From: Gallionella sp.
GTDB taxonomy: Bacteria; Pseudomonadota; Gammaproteobacteria; Burkholderiales; Gallionellaceae
Length of the DNA: 64,000 bases
Direction: 5' to 3'
Assembly: GCA_049799335.1 (NCBI GenBank)
Contig: JBARHR010000220.1
Span: forward strand, 5,055 to 69,054
Shown here: piece after piece, positions 59,882-64,000 of the stretch
Layout of the letters: each line of letters opens with the position of its first letter
Numbering within the stretch: the first letter of the stretch is position 1
The notes under the pieces: generated by a model
What the model saw: the letters and a program-made list of their open reading frames with translations, nothing else
The model's database searches: none
Told to the model about the DNA's origin: nothing
Made by a program: the position numbers and the translations under genes

Positions 59882-61921
59882 ATGATTGAAGTTGCGCGTT
59901 TGCGATACACGGCGATCGCGATAGCTATGCTGACCGTAATTCCCGCAAGCAGTTGTCTGGCGAGCGAACCAGACTATCCCGAGTTGGCGATACTGCAAGA
60001 ACTGCCGGTGGTGCTCAGCGCTTCGCGATTGAGTCAGCCGTTGTCCGAAACGCCCAATGCCGTGACCGTGATTGACCGCGCCATGATCGCGGCATCCGGT
60101 TTCAGAACGATACCCGAGTTGTTCAAACTGGTCCCCGGCATGTATGTCGATTATCAGAGCGGATCCGAGCCGCTGGTTGGCTATCGTGGCGCAACGGACG
60201 CTTTCCCGCGCAGGATGCAGGTACTGGTGGATGGTCGTTCAATCTATATGCCGCCATTTACTGTCGTCGACTGGGGTGATTTGCCACTGGACATAAACGA
60301 TGTTGAAAAAATAGAAGTGGTGCGCGGTCCGGCGGCAACGTCCTACGGGTCCAATTCCATACTAGGGGTAATCAATATCATTACGCGCGAAGCCTACGCC
60401 GTTCATGGAACAAGCATTTCATTGACCAAGGGAAATGTGGGAGATGGCAATGGCATTTCGGACGTTGTTGCCCGTTTGGGAAAACGCGGAGAACGAATCG
60501 ATTACCGCGTTACGTTCGGCCAACGCACGGATAACGGCCTTTATTTTCCACCGGGCTTCCACAACGTATTCGACGGATACAACGATAACAACATGCTGCG
60601 TTTTGCCAACTTTCGCAGCAACTACCAACCAGGTACGACTGACAGCTTCGATATTCAATTCGGCTACAGCGAGGGCGTGCGAGCCACCGGCAATCCAGAA
60701 CGGGAGCAGTCTCAGCCACGCAATGTATTGACGAATTCTGCTTACCAACAGTTCACCTGGTTACGTACCCTGGGCCAATACGATGACCTCCAGTTGCATT
60801 ACTTTCACCAGTCACACAGCTCAGCAGACGACAGCTATACGCTGCCCATTGGCGGCATTGTTTATCCGCTCAGCGACCACCTTCGCGCAGATCGCCATGA
60901 GACGGAATTGCAACATCGGTATCAATTGAATAAACAGAACCGCATTGTATGGGGCGCAGCATTGCGCTATGACTCTACTGATGCCGCGTTCCTTTTCACC
61001 AGCCGCGTGCAGGTACGACAATCCCGTTTGTTTCTTCATGACGAATGGCGCATTGCGTCGCCATTGCTCCTGAATATCGGGAGTATGCTGGAAAACGATG
61101 GCATGGGTAACAGACGACTTTCACCGCGCATGGCAGTGAATTATCACATGACGGAAACTGACACGCTGCGCGCCAGTATTTCGGTGGCCCATCGAAATCC
61201 AGCGCTCGGCGAGGAATTCGGCAACAGGAGTCACACTCTGGGCGGAATCCTGTATCAAGACTGGTATTCCCTCGGCGCACTAAAACCGGAACGTGCCCTT
61301 TCACGCGAAATTGGCTATATCAGAAGCGCTAATCAGGGATGGTCGATCAATGCCAGAATATACGATGATCATGTCAGCGACATGATATGGGTAAACGCGA
61401 TTCAGGTACCGCGCAACTCTTACGACAGAGCTTGGGATTTTCGCAACGAAGCAACAGCTCATTACACCGGACTGGAGAGTACTTTCAAGTACACCTGGGA
61501 TACGAGCAGCCTGACCATCAATTATGCGCACCAGATGTTAAGCGCGGTAGCGCAAGGTGAAACTGTCACCCCACTCTTCTTGCCGGTGCTGCAGGAGTAT
61601 CTCAGCAATTTCAATAAAACCGCCCCGGTTAACAGTGGCAGCCTGTTGTGGTCAACCCGCCTGAATTCCGGTTGGTCGTGCGATTTTGGGTATTACCAGC
61701 AAAGCAGCGTTACGGTTCTGGATGGTGTGACACCGCAGCCCCTTTCGCGCAGATCAGATTTGCGTATAGCAAAACGTTTCGGCGGGGACGATTATTCAGT
61801 GGGTGGCAAGGGAGCTGAAATTGCGATGGTCGTACAGAATGTGTTTAAGGACGCCAGCCTTGGATATAGCGGCTATTACTTTGTCAGGCGAATCTATTTG
61901 ACCGGCACCATGAATTTCTAG
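59882..61921 (+). CDS. TonB-dependent outer-membrane receptor
   Basis: Signal peptide, plug domain (PNAVTVIDRAMIAASGFRTIPELFKLVPGM, VEKIEVVRGPAATSYGSNSILGVINIIT), a long beta-barrel and a terminal aromatic residue (..GTMNF). Confidence 0.9.
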   Translation: MIEVARLRYTAIAIAMLTVIPASSCLASEPDYPELAILQELPVVLSASRLSQPLSETPNAVTVIDRAMIAASGFRTIPELFKLVPGMYVDYQSGSEPLVGYRGATDAFPRRMQVLVDGRSIYMPPFTVVDWGDLPLDINDVEKIEVVRGPAATSYGSNSILGVINIITREAYAVHGTSISLTKGNVGDGNGISDVVARLGKRGERIDYRVTFGQRTDNGLYFPPGFHNVFDGYNDNNMLRFANFRSNYQPGTTDSFDIQFGYSEGVRATGNPEREQSQPRNVLTNSAYQQFTWLRTLGQYDDLQLHYFHQSHSSADDSYTLPIGGIVYPLSDHLRADRHETELQHRYQLNKQNRIVWGAALRYDSTDAAFLFTSRVQVRQSRLFLHDEWRIASPLLLNIGSMLENDGMGNRRLSPRMAVNYHMTETDTLRASISVAHRNPALGEEFGNRSHTLGGILYQDWYSLGALKPERALSREIGYIRSANQGWSINARIYDDHVSDMIWVNAIQVPRNSYDRAWDFRNEATAHYTGLESTFKYTWDTSSLTINYAHQMLSAVAQGETVTPLFLPVLQEYLSNFNKTAPVNSGSLLWSTRLNSGWSCDFGYYQQSSVTVLDGVTPQPLSRRSDLRIAKRFGGDDYSVGGKGAEIAMVVQNVFKDASLGYSGYYFVRRIYLTGTMNF

Positions 61922-62019
61922 ACTCATTTGTGGATCGCCTGAACGAGTTACGCATATTCATGAGCTTTACGTTCGTACTCGCATGCTTGAGCATTGCCAG
62001 CCTCCAGCGGAGTTTGAAT

Positions 62020-62247
62020 TTATGGGGACAATTGCGACACGCTAATGTGTCTGATAGTCACCAGACTTTCAGAATTGGGTGCTTTCAAAATTATCTGTCG
62101 CAGTAGCTTTTCATCATGCGACTCGGAAAACATAGGCGTTTTATCTTCTTGCCATTCAAACCGGTACGCTGGACGTGATTTGTTCCATTGTTCTCGCTGC
62201 GCGTTCTTGTACTTCGCTGAATCGAATGAGGGTTGCTGTTCGGTCAC
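62020..62247 (-). CDS. Short ORF resembling the N-terminal stub of a class I SAM-methyltransferase (possibly a remnant)
   Basis: GTG start with GAGGAGGA 7 nt upstream. FDSAKYKNAQREQWNKS... resembles the N-terminal leader of many small-molecule methyltransferases. No GxGxG SAM motif is present, and the ORF stops after 75 aa. Confidence 0.3.
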   Translation of the reverse strand: MTEQQPSFDSAKYKNAQREQWNKSRPAYRFEWQEDKTPMFSESHDEKLLRQIILKAPNSESLVTIRHISVSQLSP

Positions 62248-62366
62248 AGAATGTCCTCCTCTCGCTTAGACGTTGATATTGCCTCGCAGCGCCCACACGA
62301 ATGGCCACAACGAGCCTTGAAATCTCTCACGCGGTCTCAGATTACAACGATCACTGCAGCAGGGCA

Positions 62367-64000
62367 TCAAGCGTCCGCATCGTGATGCTTGCGAGATCGC
62401 CACATCTCCCATAGCGCTGATTCGAAGTTGTGCGCGAAGCGAGCCGCGTCGAACAGTGGCGACACCAAAACCCGTTCACGCAATTCCGCACGCAAAGTAG
62501 CCAGACCTTCCAAGTCCGACGCGTACTTTACGGCCAGTGCAATATATTCTTCGTCATCGTTGGCGACCCAATCCGCCAATCCCGCGTTGCTATCCATACT
62601 TAGCCCGCAACGGGAAATAAATCTGTCGCCGGTACGTGAGAGTACCGGAACCCCCATCCAAAGCGCTTCGGCACTGGTTGTCGCGCCGCTATAAGGGAAC
62701 GGATCAAGCGCGATATCCACCTGGCCATAGGACGCGATCAACTCCAGTCTGGGGGAGCCACCCTCTATAACTATCCGTTCAGCGGCAATTCCATGCGCGA
62801 CAAAACGAGCGCGCGTTTCGTCGCGGACTGCCTCATCGTTCAATTGGCGGGTCTTCAGAAACAATCGCGAATCAGGAAGGGCCGTGAGCAATCGCGACCA
62901 CACCGCGACCACCCTATCGTTCATTTTTGAGATGTTGTTGAAACTTCCAAAAGTGATAACACCCGTCGTCAATGCGGGCAATTCGTTGACCGCCAACGGT
63001 TCGGTTGGCGGTGTGAAGCAGCAATAGGATTCGGGCATTTGCCAGATGGTTTCAGAATACTTGGCCGAGTCCTCCATCGGCGTTACCGACGGATCTCCGA
63101 GCAGGTAATCGATTTCATTCACGCCACTCGCGCCCAGGAATCCCAGCCAGCTGACCTGCACCGGCGCCGGTCGATAGGCAAACACAGGCATGCGGTTGTG
63201 TGCCGTATGTCCGGACAAATCGAACAGGATGTGAATGCCGTCGGCATTTATCATTCGCGCCGCCGCCTCATCGCTCATCCCGATCAACGGTTTCCACGCC
63301 GAAAAATGATGGCGGATGCGCTTGGTAAGCTCGTCATCCTTCCGGTAAGTTGGATAGGCGAAAAATTCGACGCGCGTCGTATCGATATTGATCAGCGTAC
63401 TTTCAAGAAAGTGCGCGACGGGATGATTGAACAGTTCGGCAGTAACGAACCCGATGCGTAGTTGCGTTGGATTTGCTTCACATTGCCAACTGTTAAACCG
63501 CTGCGGAATTGCGTTCGCCAACAACTGGCCGTATTGGCGTGCAATATCCAGACAATATTCGGCCGTGTAGTTGGGCGAATAATTAAGCGTGAACAGCAGG
63601 TAGTTGTAGGTCTCCGCGAATTTTGGGTTAATTTCCAAAGCCCGGCGGAAACACCCAATAGCTTCCTCGGTACGTGCGATATCCTTAAGCGCGATTCCGA
63701 GGTGTATCTGCGCATCAACAAATTCCGGATTGATCTCGATCGCGCGCTTGTAGCACTCGATAGCCTCCCCGGTACGGTCGAGGTCCTTCAGTAGAATGCC
63801 AAGGTAATCATGTGCAGGGAAGAAATTCGGATTGAGTTCCAGTGCGCGCCGATAGCTGGCCTCCGCATCCGCAAACTGACCGAGCAATCGCTGCGTGGCC
63901 CCCAGGCTGGTAAGCGCTTCCACTGAGTAGGGCTTGAGTGCGACTGCGGTGCGGAAGCCGAGTGCCGCGTTTTCAAGCTGGCCCAGGTCCTTCAAAACGG
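62367..64000 (-). CDS. TPR repeat / SPINDLY-OGT-like (GT41, COG3914-type) glycosyltransferase, third paralogue (N-terminus outside the window)
   Basis: The frame is open to the window edge. It has TPR units, then the same C-terminal blocks as 32299-36440 (AELFNHPVAHFLES, FDLSGHTAHNRMPVFAYRPAPVQVSWLGF, GATTSAEALWMGVPVLS). Confidence 0.85.
   Translation of the reverse strand, partial: VLKDLGQLENAALGFRTAVALKPYSVEALTSLGATQRLLGQFADAEASYRRALELNPNFFPAHDYLGILLKDLDRTGEAIECYKRAIEINPEFVDAQIHLGIALKDIARTEEAIGCFRRALEINPKFAETYNYLLFTLNYSPNYTAEYCLDIARQYGQLLANAIPQRFNSWQCEANPTQLRIGFVTAELFNHPVAHFLESTLINIDTTRVEFFAYPTYRKDDELTKRIRHHFSAWKPLIGMSDEAAARMINADGIHILFDLSGHTAHNRMPVFAYRPAPVQVSWLGFLGASGVNEIDYLLGDPSVTPMEDSAKYSETIWQMPESYCCFTPPTEPLAVNELPALTTGVITFGSFNNISKMNDRVVAVWSRLLTALPDSRLFLKTRQLNDEAVRDETRARFVAHGIAAERIVIEGGSPRLELIASYGQVDIALDPFPYSGATTSAEALWMGVPVLSRTGDRFISRCGLSMDSNAGLADWVANDDEEYIALAVKYASDLEGLATLRAELRERVLVSPLFDAARFAHNFESALWEMWRSRKHHDADA

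Overview
This is a 64-kb chromosomal window from a Gram-negative proteobacterium. Gene content and synteny look beta-proteobacterial, but that is an impression only. G+C is mid-50s % in the few lines I counted by hand. Most of the window is housekeeping. It holds the end of the atp operon (atpG'-atpD-atpC with a clean terminator), glmU-glmS, and ubiquinone genes (ubiE ... Tim44-like-ubiJ-ubiB). It also holds the conserved rsmI / lpoA-yraN-diaA-dolP block, a heptose adenylyltransferase, and an RND efflux operon (MFP-RND-OMF) with a trailing tetR. Further housekeeping genes are pyrC, sixA, ppk1, yggX, uppP and thiC behind a TPP riboswitch. The accessory or unusual content falls into four groups. 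(1) A low-G+C islet between uppP and thiC carries a DUF2075-type nuclease/SF1-helicase gene plus a small zinc-ribbon ORF. Next to it lies a decayed duplicate of the thiC 3' end, which brackets a 1.7-kb cargo (HEPN fragment, pRiA4b-ORF3-like gene, dodecin). (2) A family of SEC-C-motif/TPR/OGT(GT41)-like proteins is present in three copies. Two are tandem and translationally coupled, and they abut a polytopic membrane protein. (3) An iron-uptake neighbourhood has a cytochrome c-FTR1 fusion with a strong Fur box, a secreted M1-like peptidase and a ChaN-PDZ protein. (4) An orphan sulfotransferase sits in long non-coding flanks that contain a possible DNA-methyltransferase relic. I found no rRNA, tRNA, CRISPR array, transposase or integrase. 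Functional calls rest on motif and family recognition by eye, because no database search was possible.
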